Virus genome (UHGV): UHGV-1374863
Direction: 5' to 3' (one strand)
DNA from: a virus
Length of the DNA: 37,142 nt
Shown: in pieces, positions 8,099 through 18,122 of the stretch
Layout: the number at the start of each line of letters is the position of its first letter
How positions within the stretch are numbered: the first letter of the stretch is position 1
Position numbers and translations under genes: made by a program
The notes under the pieces: model-generated
The model's input: only the letters and a program-made list of their open reading frames with translations
What the model was told of the DNA's origin: nothing
Databases searched by the model: none

Positions 8099-11000
8099 TA
8101 TTTAAACCCCCTCGCTAAATCACGCAATTGGCGTTTTGTTTCCATCGCCGTTTCTCTCGGTGTTTTCGTGTCTGCACCTGTGATATATTGTGTTACTTCC
8201 ATATTTTTAATATTGCCGTCTTTTAAGTAAGAAACCATTTCACGCATAAGAGAAGCAAGTTCGCTAAAATCATTCGATTCATGTGAATCTTGAACAGCAA
8301 TTAGATTTTTAACAACCGAAGAGTTTCTCGGAACACCCACGCCGTTTTCATAATGAGGAATTAATTTCTTTGTTTCTGAAGCTTTGATTACTTTCGATCC
8401 TTTTGGTAAATCTGGTAAGAATACATTTCTACCTTCTGGTATGAAAGGCACACCACCTTTAGGAATTACCAATTCTTTATAAGTGCGTCCTTTTTGGTCA
8501 TTGACGATTGCCGGACCACCAATATGATTATTGGTTCCTGTTTCGAGTCCTAAAATTTTTGCTACGCCAGCGCCTAAATTAGCTACTACGTTTAAAGTTT
8601 TAGTAATTACCGAAGGGCCAGAATTAAAATCACTTACTGCATTTTTCGCTTGAGATGCTGGTCCACTCGCTTGATCATTAGCCCTTAATAGTTTTTCAAC
8701 TGGATTGTTTGCTGCGAAAATATTTAAGCTACTATTACCACTTGAAGCCGCACCGACAACTCCACCTGCATTTCCTCGCAGGTTTTTCGTTCCTGGATTA
8801 TTGGCATTGTAGGTGTTCAATGCACTGCCACCTTGTCGAGCTGCAGCTTGTGCATTTGAAGAATCTCCACGTAGTATTTTCTGTGCTGGATTGTTTGCGT
8901 TAAATGCATTTAAGTTTTGAATACCTACCTGTGATTGATTTGATACATTGGAAGCATCTCCGAGTAATTTTTTTAATTGTGGCTTTACTTGGTCATAAGT
9001 TTGCACGCTTAATGTTCCATCAGCTATTTTTGCTTTTAAATCTTCATTATTACCAAGCATTTTTTTTACTGGATTAGGTAATAAATTCCACGCATTCATA
9101 CTTTCTTCTGATTTCATTACCTTTGTTAGTAAATCATCATTATTGGCAAGCATTTTTTTCTGGTCTGTTGGAAGGTTATTCCAATTTGTTAGATATGTTT
9201 CTGAAGAAAGAATCTTTTGTAGCACATCCGTGTTATTTGCTAAAAGCAGTTTGCTTTCATCTGGTAAATTTTTCCAAGCATTAAAGGCTCGTTCTGATCC
9301 ATAAATTTTTGTCAGTAAATCTTGATTATCTGCGTAAAATTCTTTAACATCATCTGGTATATTAGACCAATTGACAATTTTTTCTTGTGAATCACTAAGT
9401 ACTTCTAAAAACTCTTTGTTATCAGCTTTAATTTCTTTGTCATGTAACTTGTAATCTTCCCAAAGTCCAAGATTAAGCATATTTTCAGCCATTTTTTCAG
9501 GGGTATTAGAATACAGAATGGCCTTCTTCTCTTCAAAATTAAGTTTGTCCCATTTTCCGTTGGCTTGTAATGCCTGAGTTACAGTCTTCTTGGCATTTGT
9601 ATCTAAAAGCGCTTGTTGTTCCTTAAACGTCATGCTGTCCCATTTTCCGTTAGCAATTGCTGCTTCGGCAATCATTAATTTAGCATTACTTTTTAGGTCG
9701 GCATGTTTGGAAGCATATAGGAGTTGGTTCCATCCTTTTTCAGAATTTGCAGCTTCGTTAACTGCTTCTTGTGCATTGGTTTTGACTTCGCCTGTTTTTG
9801 GATCAAGAACAAGATTATTCCACATTTTCCCATATTCACTTGCTTCATTACCAACATATTTAAGTTGTTCAGCGTTCTTCTTAGCATTTTCAGCAACTTT
9901 ATTTGTTGTTTTGGTAACATTCTCCAATAATTTCTCGTTATCTTCAATAAGGTATTGTGAAGCATTTCCGCTCTCTTTTATTACTTGTCCAGAAGCCAAA
10001 TGAATTTTATCTTTTAGTTCAGGGAATTTCTCAACAATGGCGGCCATTTGGTTATCAAAACCTTCAGTCGTAGTTTCGTTTATTTTATCCCATTCTTCAA
10101 GATACTTCTGAGCAAATTCACCATCAAGGTTATATCCCCAATCTTTCAACCATTTTTTTTGCTCTTCTTTCATTTTAGCGGCATGAGTCTGTGATGCATT
10201 CCTTTGCTCTCCTAATGATTTTAACCATATTTCTGCTTCTTCTTTCGTAGCATTCGCTACATCACCAGTCATTGATTTCAAAATAGTTCTTTTTTGTTCC
10301 GCCGAAACATCCAGAGTATTAACATAAGCTTCCGCAGTATTCTTTGATAAATCACTAATCATTTGAGCTTCAGAAACACTCAATTGACGATTTTCGTTTG
10401 CAGCCCTTTGTCTAATCTCTTGAATTTGCTTATTATTCGATTGGATTTCTTCCACAGCAGACTGATTTAGTTTTTTCTCATTCTCAATGATTTCTTTCAT
10501 TGAGTCTGTAGCGGTTCCTGGTAACTGCTTTAATAATTGATTCAATCCATCTACTTTTTTATTTAAAGACTTTTCAAGAGACTGACCCGCTGCTTCAAAA
10601 TTTTCTGCCATTTTAGAAGCATCTGATTGATTAAATCCATCTTTTAATAAGCCAAACTGACCATTTGCGGCTTTGGTTTTGTCTTGCACCCCGTTTAAGG
10701 TTTTGTCAACTTCTCGTCCGACATCAGTTCCCCATTGCTTAACACGTTGGGAACTATTCCAAGCTTCTTCTCCCCAGAGTTTCCACACTGCTACACCTGC
10801 TCCAATCGCTGCAGTTGCACCTAACACCCAAGGATTCAATAAACTAAACCCTTTAGTCAATGAACCAATTTGTGTTGTGGTTCCTCCGATTTTAGCAGTC
10901 AATCCTCCTAATGCCGAACCAGAAGAAGCAATGCCTTTTCCGAATCCAACAGAAACAGAACTACCCTCTGCAAAAGCTTTTGTAACATCTTCAATCGCTC

Positions 11001-12849
11001 TTTTTTTAGACATAGCGGCCATTGTCTCAACAAAGCCCTTGCCTAAAAATCCTACACCCTTCGTTAAAGTACCTGTTAACTTAATAGCAGGCCCCATTGC
11101 AGCAGTTAATGCAATCATTTTAACAATTGTTTGCTGTGTTTTAGGATCAGCATTTGAGAAAGATTCCGCTAAATTCGTTACGGTTTTGATCATTGGTTTA
11201 GTCGCTTGCAACGCATCTCTCAATGCTTTTACTAAAGGACCACCAAACGTGATTCCTACGTCCACTGCTTCATTTTTAAGCATCTTTAATTGAGATTCGG
11301 TAGTTTCGTATCGCTTGTTAGCTTCTTCTGTTAAAGCGGTGTTTTCTCCCCATGCTTTAGTTCCACGATCTACAGCACTTTTAAATACATCACTGGCACC
11401 AGCTGCACGTAGCAAACTGTCACGAAGACGAACTTCGGTAATCCCCATATCATCTAAAACAGCAATTGCAGATTGTCCGTGTTCCTTCGTTTTTCCTAGC
11501 CCTTCAATAAATTTGATAATAGCACCTGAAGCATCCTCTTTGAAAGCTTTAGAAAATTGTTCTGCAGACATTCCAGCTACTTCTGCAAAATCATTTAATT
11601 TTCCTGATGCATCGGTGGCTTCTTTATGCATTGTTTTTAATTCTTTGCTAGTTAACCCCATTGCACCAGCAGTGTTTTTTAACTCTTTACCGCCATTTCT
11701 AACAGCGCTAGAAACCTGTTCCATAGATACACCAGTTTGTTGGCTTAAACTTTCTAACCCTGCAAATGCATTGGCTCCATTTTCTACAGCCAATTGCATT
11801 TCAACCATCACTTTAGAAAATGCAGAACCGCCTGCTTCTGCTTCAATACCAACCGAACTCAATGCAGCCGCAAATCCCATGATTTGAGCTTCACTCATTC
11901 CCACTTGGTGACCAGCACCAGCAAGACGTAATCCCATTGCGGTTATTTCTGACTCGGTTGTCGCAAAGTTATTCCCTAAATCAACAATCACAGAACCTAA
12001 CTTGTCAAATTCCGTTTGTGGCATTCCTGTAATGTTGGCCAATCGAGCTAAAGCAGTTGCTGCTTCTTCTGCGCTCATGTTCGTTGACTCGCCTAAGTCA
12101 ATCATTGTCTTGGTGAAGCCAACTACATTTTTAGTTTTAATCCCTAACTGCCCTGCTGCTTCTGCAACGTTTGCAATTTCCGTGTGACTTGAAGGTAATT
12201 CTTTGGCTAGTCCACGAAGACCATTTTCTAAATCTTTGTATGAGTAAACAACCTTACCTGTCGAATCCACAACTTCATCATTGGTCTTTTTCACACCTGC
12301 AAAATCAGATTCCCATTTCACAGCGGCCGTTGTTACTGCTGCAGCCCCAGCAAGAATTGGCAAAGTTATACCTTTTGTTAAAGCTCCGCCCACTTTTTCC
12401 ATTTTTTGCCCACTAGAAATCATTTTTTCGCTGGCATTATAAATGGCGCCAGTGGCACCAGTGGTTTTGACTTGCATTTCTGCCATCTGACCAGCTGTTT
12501 GAATTAATTGAGATCGATAATTTGCTAGTTTACCATTAGCATCTTGCAATTGAGTTGCTAGCCTTTTGGTGGATTCTGTCGCTTTTCCATCTACAAAAGA
12601 TTCGTCATAAGCCTTTTTCAGCGCAGCAACTTGTTTCTCCTGCGCTCCAATGATTTTAGTCAAACCATCAAAACGAGTGCCAAGTTTGCCCATTTGATTG
12701 CCCGCCATATCAGCGATTTTTGCATTGGCTTGCATTTCTTTGGCTAAATAACGAACTTCTTTTTTAGCATTTGCTGCGCCACGGCCAAAATCAGAACTAT
12801 CCAAACCCAATTTAATGACCATGTTTCCTAATGGAGTTCCACCACTCAC
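8098..12849 (-). CDS. Tail tape measure protein (1583 aa, GTG start)
   Basis: Very long, Ala/Gly/Lys-rich with coiled coils; TM-like central segment; internal tandem ~35-aa repeats (NW.NLPD...K.LANN.DLL.KI) and C-terminal NANNP.(K/E)(I/N/L)LRG repeats (three visible copies: AQKILRG, GTKNLRG, VEKLLRA); RBS AGGAGG before the GTG. Confidence 0.9.
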   Translation of the reverse strand: MSGGTPLGNMVIKLGLDSSDFGRGAANAKKEVRYLAKEMQANAKIADMAGNQMGKLGTRFDGLTKIIGAQEKQVAALKKAYDESFVDGKATESTKRLATQLQDANGKLANYRSQLIQTAGQMAEMQVKTTGATGAIYNASEKMISSGQKMEKVGGALTKGITLPILAGAAAVTTAAVKWESDFAGVKKTNDEVVDSTGKVVYSYKDLENGLRGLAKELPSSHTEIANVAEAAGQLGIKTKNVVGFTKTMIDLGESTNMSAEEAATALARLANITGMPQTEFDKLGSVIVDLGNNFATTESEITAMGLRLAGAGHQVGMSEAQIMGFAAALSSVGIEAEAGGSAFSKVMVEMQLAVENGANAFAGLESLSQQTGVSMEQVSSAVRNGGKELKNTAGAMGLTSKELKTMHKEATDASGKLNDFAEVAGMSAEQFSKAFKEDASGAIIKFIEGLGKTKEHGQSAIAVLDDMGITEVRLRDSLLRAAGASDVFKSAVDRGTKAWGENTALTEEANKRYETTESQLKMLKNEAVDVGITFGGPLVKALRDALQATKPMIKTVTNLAESFSNADPKTQQTIVKMIALTAAMGPAIKLTGTLTKGVGFLGKGFVETMAAMSKKRAIEDVTKAFAEGSSVSVGFGKGIASSGSALGGLTAKIGGTTTQIGSLTKGFSLLNPWVLGATAAIGAGVAVWKLWGEEAWNSSQRVKQWGTDVGREVDKTLNGVQDKTKAANGQFGLLKDGFNQSDASKMAENFEAAGQSLEKSLNKKVDGLNQLLKQLPGTATDSMKEIIENEKKLNQSAVEEIQSNNKQIQEIRQRAANENRQLSVSEAQMISDLSKNTAEAYVNTLDVSAEQKRTILKSMTGDVANATKEEAEIWLKSLGEQRNASQTHAAKMKEEQKKWLKDWGYNLDGEFAQKYLEEWDKINETTTEGFDNQMAAIVEKFPELKDKIHLASGQVIKESGNASQYLIEDNEKLLENVTKTTNKVAENAKKNAEQLKYVGNEASEYGKMWNNLVLDPKTGEVKTNAQEAVNEAANSEKGWNQLLYASKHADLKSNAKLMIAEAAIANGKWDSMTFKEQQALLDTNAKKTVTQALQANGKWDKLNFEEKKAILYSNTPEKMAENMLNLGLWEDYKLHDKEIKADNKEFLEVLSDSQEKIVNWSNIPDDVKEFYADNQDLLTKIYGSERAFNAWKNLPDESKLLLANNTDVLQKILSSETYLTNWNNLPTDQKKMLANNDDLLTKVMKSEESMNAWNLLPNPVKKMLGNNEDLKAKIADGTLSVQTYDQVKPQLKKLLGDASNVSNQSQVGIQNLNAFNANNPAQKILRGDSSNAQAAARQGGSALNTYNANNPGTKNLRGNAGGVVGAASSGNSSLNIFAANNPVEKLLRANDQASGPASQAKNAVSDFNSGPSVITKTLNVVANLGAGVAKILGLETGTNNHIGGPAIVNDQKGRTYKELVIPKGGVPFIPEGRNVFLPDLPKGSKVIKASETKKLIPHYENGVGVPRNSSVVKNLIAVQDSHESNDFSELASLMREMVSYLKDGNIKNMEVTQYITGADTKTPRETAMETKRQLRDLARGFK

Positions 12850-12867
12850 TTAGTTACCTCCTTTCCT

Positions 12868-13418
12868 TTACGCACCACCACGCTTAACTAATTCACTTAG
12901 TGGTCGCACCTCTTGTTTTTTCTTTTTAGTTTTCTTTTTCTTTGGTGCTTTCAATAAGATTTCATCAATATCCAAGCAATCAGTATTCATGAAATCCCGA
13001 ATCGTCCACCCAAGTTCTGTAACTGAATCACGGACAAAACCAATCTGCAGGTCATAAAATTCAGACCAGCTTAGATTTCCTCCGCTTTTTCCTTTTTTGA
13101 CTCTTCCACATCTTTCTTAGATAGGCCTAGAACTCGATAGCTGATAATTTCCCATATTTTGTCAATGTCTAAAGCATCCATACCGTTAAGGATTGCTTCT
13201 TTAGTAAGTTCCTTTTCATCGAATAAATCGGCGACGAATTGAATTTGCATTTCTAAATACTCGTCAGCTGTTGGTTCTAATCCTTCGCTTGTTTTTTCTT
13301 CTCTAAGTGAATTTTCTTTTTTGATATAGTCTGTACGCTTAGAAAACGGCACAAAGTCCTGTGTAAAAGTTTTTTCTTCGCCATTAATGCGTAAAGTAAG
13401 TTCAATCTTGCGTTCCAT
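12868..13418 (-). CDS. Tail assembly chaperone GT, predicted product of a programmed -1 frameshift at A_AAA_AAG (13092-13098)
   Basis: The slippery heptamer is in the zero frame (tcA AAA AAG) 7 codons before the G stop. The -1 frame stays open for about 74 codons to a TAA at 12868-12870, just before the TMP RBS. Confidence 0.65.
13071..13418 (-). CDS. Tail assembly chaperone G (115 aa)
   Basis: Small acidic protein between the major tail protein and the TMP. Confidence 0.7.
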   Translation of the reverse strand: MERKIELTLRINGEEKTFTQDFVPFSKRTDYIKKENSLREEKTSEGLEPTADEYLEMQIQFVADLFDEKELTKEAILNGMDALDIDKIWEIISYRVLGLSKKDVEESKKEKAEEI

Positions 13419-13472
13419 TTTTTAACCTCCAAAAAAAGGACGACTAACTAAAGCCGTCCTTAATCAATAATT

Positions 13473-13946
13473 TTATTCTGCTGCTGATACAGTCAAAGTA
13501 CATTCTGCGGTAAAATTACCGTCTTCAGTTGTACCGACAATTTTTGTAACACCTTCCGCAACGGCTGTTACTTTTCCCTGTACAGGCGTTACTGTTCCGA
13601 TCGCTGTATCTTCAGAACTGAAACTATATACTTTGTTTGTTGCGTTTTCTGGCATGATTGTAGGTATTAAAATTGCTGTTTCACCAACTTTTAAAGCTAA
13701 TTCAGTCTTATCCAAGGTAATTCCTGTTACTGCAATAGGTAATGTTTTAAACGCTGGTACATCGACATGATCAGATTCTTTTTCTTCACCGTTAACAGTA
13801 GCAACACCTGTGACAGTAAAGTCACCTACTAAAACATCCGTATTTGCGGCAATTCCTGTAATAGCTAAAGGTGAAACACCTTCTGCAACAGGATTAGTTT
13901 CACCTTTTTTATAAAGTCTAAATTTTTCTGGTGGAATAAACGACAT
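13473..13946 (-). CDS. Ig-like (Big_2-type) domain tail protein, 157 aa
   Basis: Own RBS AGGAGGA; repetitive V/T/G beta-strand pattern typical of bacterial Ig-like domains that decorate major tail or capsid proteins. Confidence 0.55.
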   Translation of the reverse strand: MSFIPPEKFRLYKKGETNPVAEGVSPLAITGIAANTDVLVGDFTVTGVATVNGEEKESDHVDVPAFKTLPIAVTGITLDKTELALKVGETAILIPTIMPENATNKVYSFSSEDTAIGTVTPVQGKVTAVAEGVTKIVGTTEDGNFTAECTLTVSAAE

Positions 13947-14019
13947 TTCTTGTCCTCCTAACTTAATTCAATATTGGCCCCATCTGTAGTGGGAGTAACA
14001 GCTCCCACTGTGGGGCTTG

Positions 14020-14613
14020 CTACTTTTCCGGCGCTGGTGTTTCTTCACCAAATAATTCTGTTGTCAATTCCGCTAGAGCTTCTGAATTATCTGCAAAACC
14101 AACAGTAACTTTTTTACCGTTAATTTGACGAGAAACAGCAGAATAAACATATTCGCCAGGCTCTGGCGTAAAGTCGTCATCATTTAATGTTTCGCCTTTG
14201 ACACCATCTAATGAGAATGTGCCTGCATACATGCCGAAGCCAAGTTTTTCACCATATAAATCTTCTGATTCGATTAATACTGCGTAGTAAGGTGGCTCTG
14301 TATCCTCGCCAATATGATAAACTTTGCTTTCCTCGCTAGCTTTTTTATGCCCTAACATTTCATGCTCAATGGCTGATGGTACATCTAAGATACCTAAGTT
14401 TGCCGCAATATCTCCGTGCCCTTTGCGTGCCACGTAGTATGCAATATTTGATCCGAAAACTTTTGACGGTTCTTTGGTTAGTCCTGTAATTTCAAAGCTT
14501 GCTGCGGCCCCTTCTTTTGGCTTGCCATCAATGACATGTTTCTTACCAGCGACTGGCTTTAATTCATTGTCCAATTGTTGAATAGTGATTCTGCTAAATC
14601 CATAAGTTTGCAT
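14020..14613 (-). CDS. Major tail protein (197 aa)
   Basis: Position upstream of the chaperones; size and composition typical of phi13/TP901-like major tail proteins. Confidence 0.65.
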   Translation of the reverse strand: MQTYGFSRITIQQLDNELKPVAGKKHVIDGKPKEGAAASFEITGLTKEPSKVFGSNIAYYVARKGHGDIAANLGILDVPSAIEHEMLGHKKASEESKVYHIGEDTEPPYYAVLIESEDLYGEKLGFGMYAGTFSLDGVKGETLNDDDFTPEPGEYVYSAVSRQINGKKVTVGFADNSEALAELTTELFGEETPAPEK

Positions 14614-14645
14614 ATATTTTTTCCTCCTAAAAAATAGACACCAAC

Positions 14646-15041
14646 TTAATAGTCGGTGTCGTGAATTTGTGTATTTTTTCTGTAACGTCTTGCATCTACA
14701 AAACGTTTTGTTTCGTTAAAGTACTGATCTAAGCCACCATCTAGGCGACCAAATCCAATTTGTTTCATCGTTTCTTCAACTGCTTTAGAAATTTTCTTGG
14801 TTACCATTCTGTCCATGCTTTCCACGTTGATTTGATAATTGAAGCGAATTGACAACGCTTTGTTGTTGCCAAAATAGGCGTTGTTTTGTGGACCAAGAAA
14901 GTTATCAATGATAATGAAAGGCTTGGTAGTATCCAAAGTTTCTGGTACTTCATAAAATTTAATTCTTTGAGGTGTCACAAGCTCATTAATTGTTTCATTT
15001 TCAATCAAGGCATTGTAAACTTCCATCATCATATCTTTCAT
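14646..15041 (-). CDS. Tail terminator / tail completion protein (131 aa)
   Basis: Position in the HK97-like neck module. Confidence 0.45.
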   Translation of the reverse strand: MKDMMMEVYNALIENETINELVTPQRIKFYEVPETLDTTKPFIIIDNFLGPQNNAYFGNNKALSIRFNYQINVESMDRMVTKKISKAVEETMKQIGFGRLDGGLDQYFNETKRFVDARRYRKNTQIHDTDY

Positions 15042-15430
15042 TTAGCTAATTCCTCCATATCCGACTTCATCTCTCCAAATGCTTTCGCTTGAATTTCATC
15101 AGCTGCACCCTGTAGTTTTCCCATTCCACGAGGTCGTACATAAGTACCATAGCGCGTATAGCCGAACTCATTTAAATGGACGATAGGCGCACGTTCCTTT
15201 GAAGCCCAGCCAGTCTCAACTCGTTTTGGATTACTTTTCACACCACTACTTATAACTAAGTCATGCGTTTTTCCTGAATCTATATAACTAGCCATGTATT
15301 TTTTAACAGTCTGCTTGTTTCTTTCGCCTTGTTTTTTTAAAGCTTTGTTTGAAATTCTATTTACTCGTGCTTGACCTAGTTTATCTTCCATATTTTTGAG
15401 AATTTCTTCTAACCCTGTCACTTCGCTCAT
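15038..15430 (-). CDS. HK97 gp10-like head-tail joining protein (130 aa)
   Basis: Position and size. Confidence 0.45.
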   Translation of the reverse strand: MSEVTGLEEILKNMEDKLGQARVNRISNKALKKQGERNKQTVKKYMASYIDSGKTHDLVISSGVKSNPKRVETGWASKERAPIVHLNEFGYTRYGTYVRPRGMGKLQGAADEIQAKAFGEMKSDMEELAK

Positions 15431-15819
15431 GACGTTATCCCTAGAACAATCTTGATAAAACGGTTATCTTCAAAATCTGGTGAAACATCTACGATTTCCC
15501 ATTCTTTGCCCACTGGTAAAGCTCTATAGTCGTCAATAACAACTTTATGTTTGTTGCTAGGGATATAGTCTTGGTGTGGATCACGGATTTTAATTGTCAG
15601 CCCCTCTTTAGTTCCTTTTGCGTTCAATATTTCCATGTCTTTCATTGATGGATTGTAAGCTAAAGAAAAGCATTCATATAGCTTTTCGTTTTTTTCTTCT
15701 CCTGGCTCTGGTCCATCATTTGGAACAAATCCCCAAAATTCTACACGTGTTTTCAAACTACCACTATTAATTTTAGGCTTTTTATAATTAGGGTGTATCA
15801 TCGTTGAACACCTCCGCAT
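15427..15819 (-). CDS. Head closure / head-tail adaptor protein (130 aa)
   Basis: Position and size. Confidence 0.45.
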   Translation of the reverse strand: MRRCSTMIHPNYKKPKINSGSLKTRVEFWGFVPNDGPEPGEEKNEKLYECFSLAYNPSMKDMEILNAKGTKEGLTIKIRDPHQDYIPSNKHKVVIDDYRALPVGKEWEIVDVSPDFEDNRFIKIVLGITS

Positions 15820-16093
15820 ATTTTAAAGACTGCGCTAATATATCTAGCTGAAAATTTGTTTCGAAAAACTCTAATGAATCGTTATAGGCATATCGGCTGC
15901 GCTCAAATACAAGTTCTATGAAGGTTAAATCACTTTCTGGTTTAACTGGATTGATCAAAGAATCAAGGCGCAAAAAAGAAGCGGCTAAAATTTCCGTTAA
16001 CGATTCATCTTCCGACGTTCCAAAAATTTTCATCCGCTTCTTAAATTTTTCTAGGTTCAGATTGGCTAACTCTAATGCTTGTTCATTAGTCAT
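15788..16093 (-). CDS. Head-tail connector (gp6-like, 101 aa)
   Basis: First gene after the major capsid protein. Confidence 0.45.
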   Translation of the reverse strand: MTNEQALELANLNLEKFKKRMKIFGTSEDESLTEILAASFLRLDSLINPVKPESDLTFIELVFERSRYAYNDSLEFFETNFQLDILAQSLKYAEVFNDDTP

Positions 16094-16170
16094 TGAATCC
16101 CTCCCCTGTTATTTCAGATTTACAACAGCCCCGTCTGTTGTTGGCGTGACTTCTTCAATCACGGGGATTG

Positions 16171-17316
16171 CTACTTCCCCGTCTCTGGGTCTCCATTAAT
16201 TGATAATGTCCATACAGCTGCAACTTTGTTGTCTTGTGCTTTACCAAACGCAAATTGTTTTGCAGTGAATAAACGACAATCTTCTAAAGCTAATGTTTGA
16301 TCGTATTCTTTGATCACTAATGCTCCTGCAGCAAAAGCATCGTAACGACCACTAACAAAAGTGGTAACTTTTCCAGATTTTTGGAAATCAGATTCCACAA
16401 TCCGCAATCCAAACGGTAATTTCGTAACCCAGTCCCCCATTGCATTACGAGAAGTAAACTCTGTTTCAATATCCAAAGCTTCATCTGGGCTCGCAACAAT
16501 AACTACTTTCCCAGCGACAGAAATACGTTTGCCATTTTCTTTAACAGAATGGTATTTACGCATTTCTTTTAATTCTTTAATCGCTGTTTTTTCATCGGCA
16601 AAAGTTAAAGTTCCTGCTGCTTCTTTCTCTGGATAAGTAGTCACACCGTTTGAAGTAGCTCCCTTTGCTAAGTCACGAGTTAAACCAATAGGCTTATCGT
16701 TTCCATCGCCATTTAGGAAAGCATCTTCGAAGCCAACAGCAAATGCCTCTTTAATTTGAGTAGTTACATAACGTTTAATCCAAACAGGACCATATTCTAA
16801 TAGATCGTTTGGTAATACAACAAATGCTGTTGCTTTGCTTTGTTTTGCATCGTCTTCGCTGAAGGTTGCATCTAACTGACCTTTAATTTCGCCGAAAATT
16901 TTACCCCAAACAATGGCACCTTTTGGATCAGATTTTAAGATTTTCAATCGTAATCCTGTATATTTTAATCCTAATTCTTTTAATAATGGACGTTCTCTTG
17001 TTAAATCATTAAAAATTTCATCCACTGTTGTTTCAGGAAGTAGTTCTTCATCTTTCCAGCCTGTTTCAGTGACCGCGTTAAAGAATTTAACTTCTTTGGG
17101 CGTAATGTCTTTATCCATTTTTGAAGCATTGATAAATTCTTCTGCTTCCATACGAGCTTCTTTTTTTGCTTCTGCTACCATGTCTTCTGCTAAAGCATTC
17201 ATAGATGCTTCGTATAATTCATTTTGTTTTTCCTGTGGATCGCCATTTTTTACAGATTCAATAAAAGCTTTACGCTTTTCTTGATAATTGACCATTCCTT
17301 TTAAATTGATTGTCAT
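16171..17316 (-). CDS. Major capsid protein, HK97-fold, with an N-terminal coiled-coil delta domain (381 aa)
   Basis: Position after the prohead protease; Lys/Glu-rich N-terminus then a beta-rich body. Confidence 0.8.
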   Translation of the reverse strand: MTINLKGMVNYQEKRKAFIESVKNGDPQEKQNELYEASMNALAEDMVAEAKKEARMEAEEFINASKMDKDITPKEVKFFNAVTETGWKDEELLPETTVDEIFNDLTRERPLLKELGLKYTGLRLKILKSDPKGAIVWGKIFGEIKGQLDATFSEDDAKQSKATAFVVLPNDLLEYGPVWIKRYVTTQIKEAFAVGFEDAFLNGDGNDKPIGLTRDLAKGATSNGVTTYPEKEAAGTLTFADEKTAIKELKEMRKYHSVKENGKRISVAGKVVIVASPDEALDIETEFTSRNAMGDWVTKLPFGLRIVESDFQKSGKVTTFVSGRYDAFAAGALVIKEYDQTLALEDCRLFTAKQFAFGKAQDNKVAAVWTLSINGDPETGK

Positions 17317-17342
17317 ATTTAAATTCCTCCTAAAAATGTGTA

Positions 17343-18122
17343 TTAAAATAAGAACCTAGCAAACGGCGATTCGTTCGTGGGTTCTTTGGGTTCGATAGTT
17401 TGTTCAATTGTAATTTCGTTTTGCTTCACTTCTACGATTGCTTCAGCAATCATTTTTTTTAATTCTTTTTTATTGACCATTACTACTGGTTCGTTCTGCT
17501 GATTTTTTAGTTTTTTCACTTCATTGATAATGTCTTTTGAAATAAGACCACTTCCACCATCAGCAACTAATAATGGGCGTTCGGTATTTTCGAACATGAT
17601 TTCATCCACAAAACCATTTTCAACAGCTTCTTCTGCAGTTAGCCAAGTTTCTTTATCCATTAACGCTAAAATTTCTTCTTTGGCTTTACCTGTTTTCGAA
17701 ACATATGCATTAGCCAAAGAATTATTGGCTTTCTGTAAAATTTCACTCGCTTTGTCCATTGTGTGATAATCACCGCCAGCCCCCATCGCGACATTGTGAA
17801 TCATAATTTGACCAACTGGACTAATAGCAACTGTATTGCCTGCCATTGCAATGATACTTGCAGCACTTCCTGCCATAACAACATTTACTTTTACATGTCC
17901 TTCATAGGAACGTAAAGCAGTGTATATTTCATTTCCCATATCCACAAGCCCGCCATAAGAATTGATAGTCACTTCTACATCTTCATTGTGATTTGCAGGC
18001 AACAAATCTAAAACATCTTTAGGGGACGTTGCTTCCATTTCAAACCAATCATAGAACCATTTATCATCACTAGAAATGATTGGCCCATTAACTTTGATTT
18101 TCACTGTCATCTTCATCTTCAC
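17343..18122 (-). CDS. Prohead serine protease (ClpP/S14 family) with a C-terminal scaffold-like extension
   Basis: ClpP-like core (GGLVDMGNEIY...MAGSAASII...IHNV), followed by a Lys/Glu-rich tail. Confidence 0.8.
   Translation of the reverse strand: MKMKMTVKIKVNGPIISSDDKWFYDWFEMEATSPKDVLDLLPANHNEDVEVTINSYGGLVDMGNEIYTALRSYEGHVKVNVVMAGSAASIIAMAGNTVAISPVGQIMIHNVAMGAGGDYHTMDKASEILQKANNSLANAYVSKTGKAKEEILALMDKETWLTAEEAVENGFVDEIMFENTERPLLVADGGSGLISKDIINEVKKLKNQQNEPVVMVNKKELKKMIAEAIVEVKQNEITIEQTIEPKEPTNESPFARFLF

Noticed and set aside
9000-9700. Tandem DNA repeats that could be mistaken for a CRISPR-like array
   Set aside because: They are in-frame ~105-nt coding repeats of the TMP (protein motif NW.NLPD...K.LANN.DLL.KI), imperfect and with no uniform spacers
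9590-12416. Cluster of + strand ORFs (9590-10003, 9724-9930, 10673-11293, 11315-11887, 12002-12187, 12171-12416) and one minus ORF (9693-9965) inside the tape measure gene
   Set aside because: All lie antisense to or out of frame within the 4.7-kb TMP ORF. They lack RBSs and have low-complexity S/A/P/L-rich translations typical of antisense frames of an A/G/K-rich gene
13947-14019. Possibility that the Ig-like protein is fused to the major tail protein by +1/-1 frameshift or amber readthrough (UAG-CAA context)
   Set aside because: In-frame readthrough hits TAA after 19 codons, and the frame carrying the Ig-like ATG contains a TGA stop about 30 nt upstream of that start. The Ig-like gene has its own RBS
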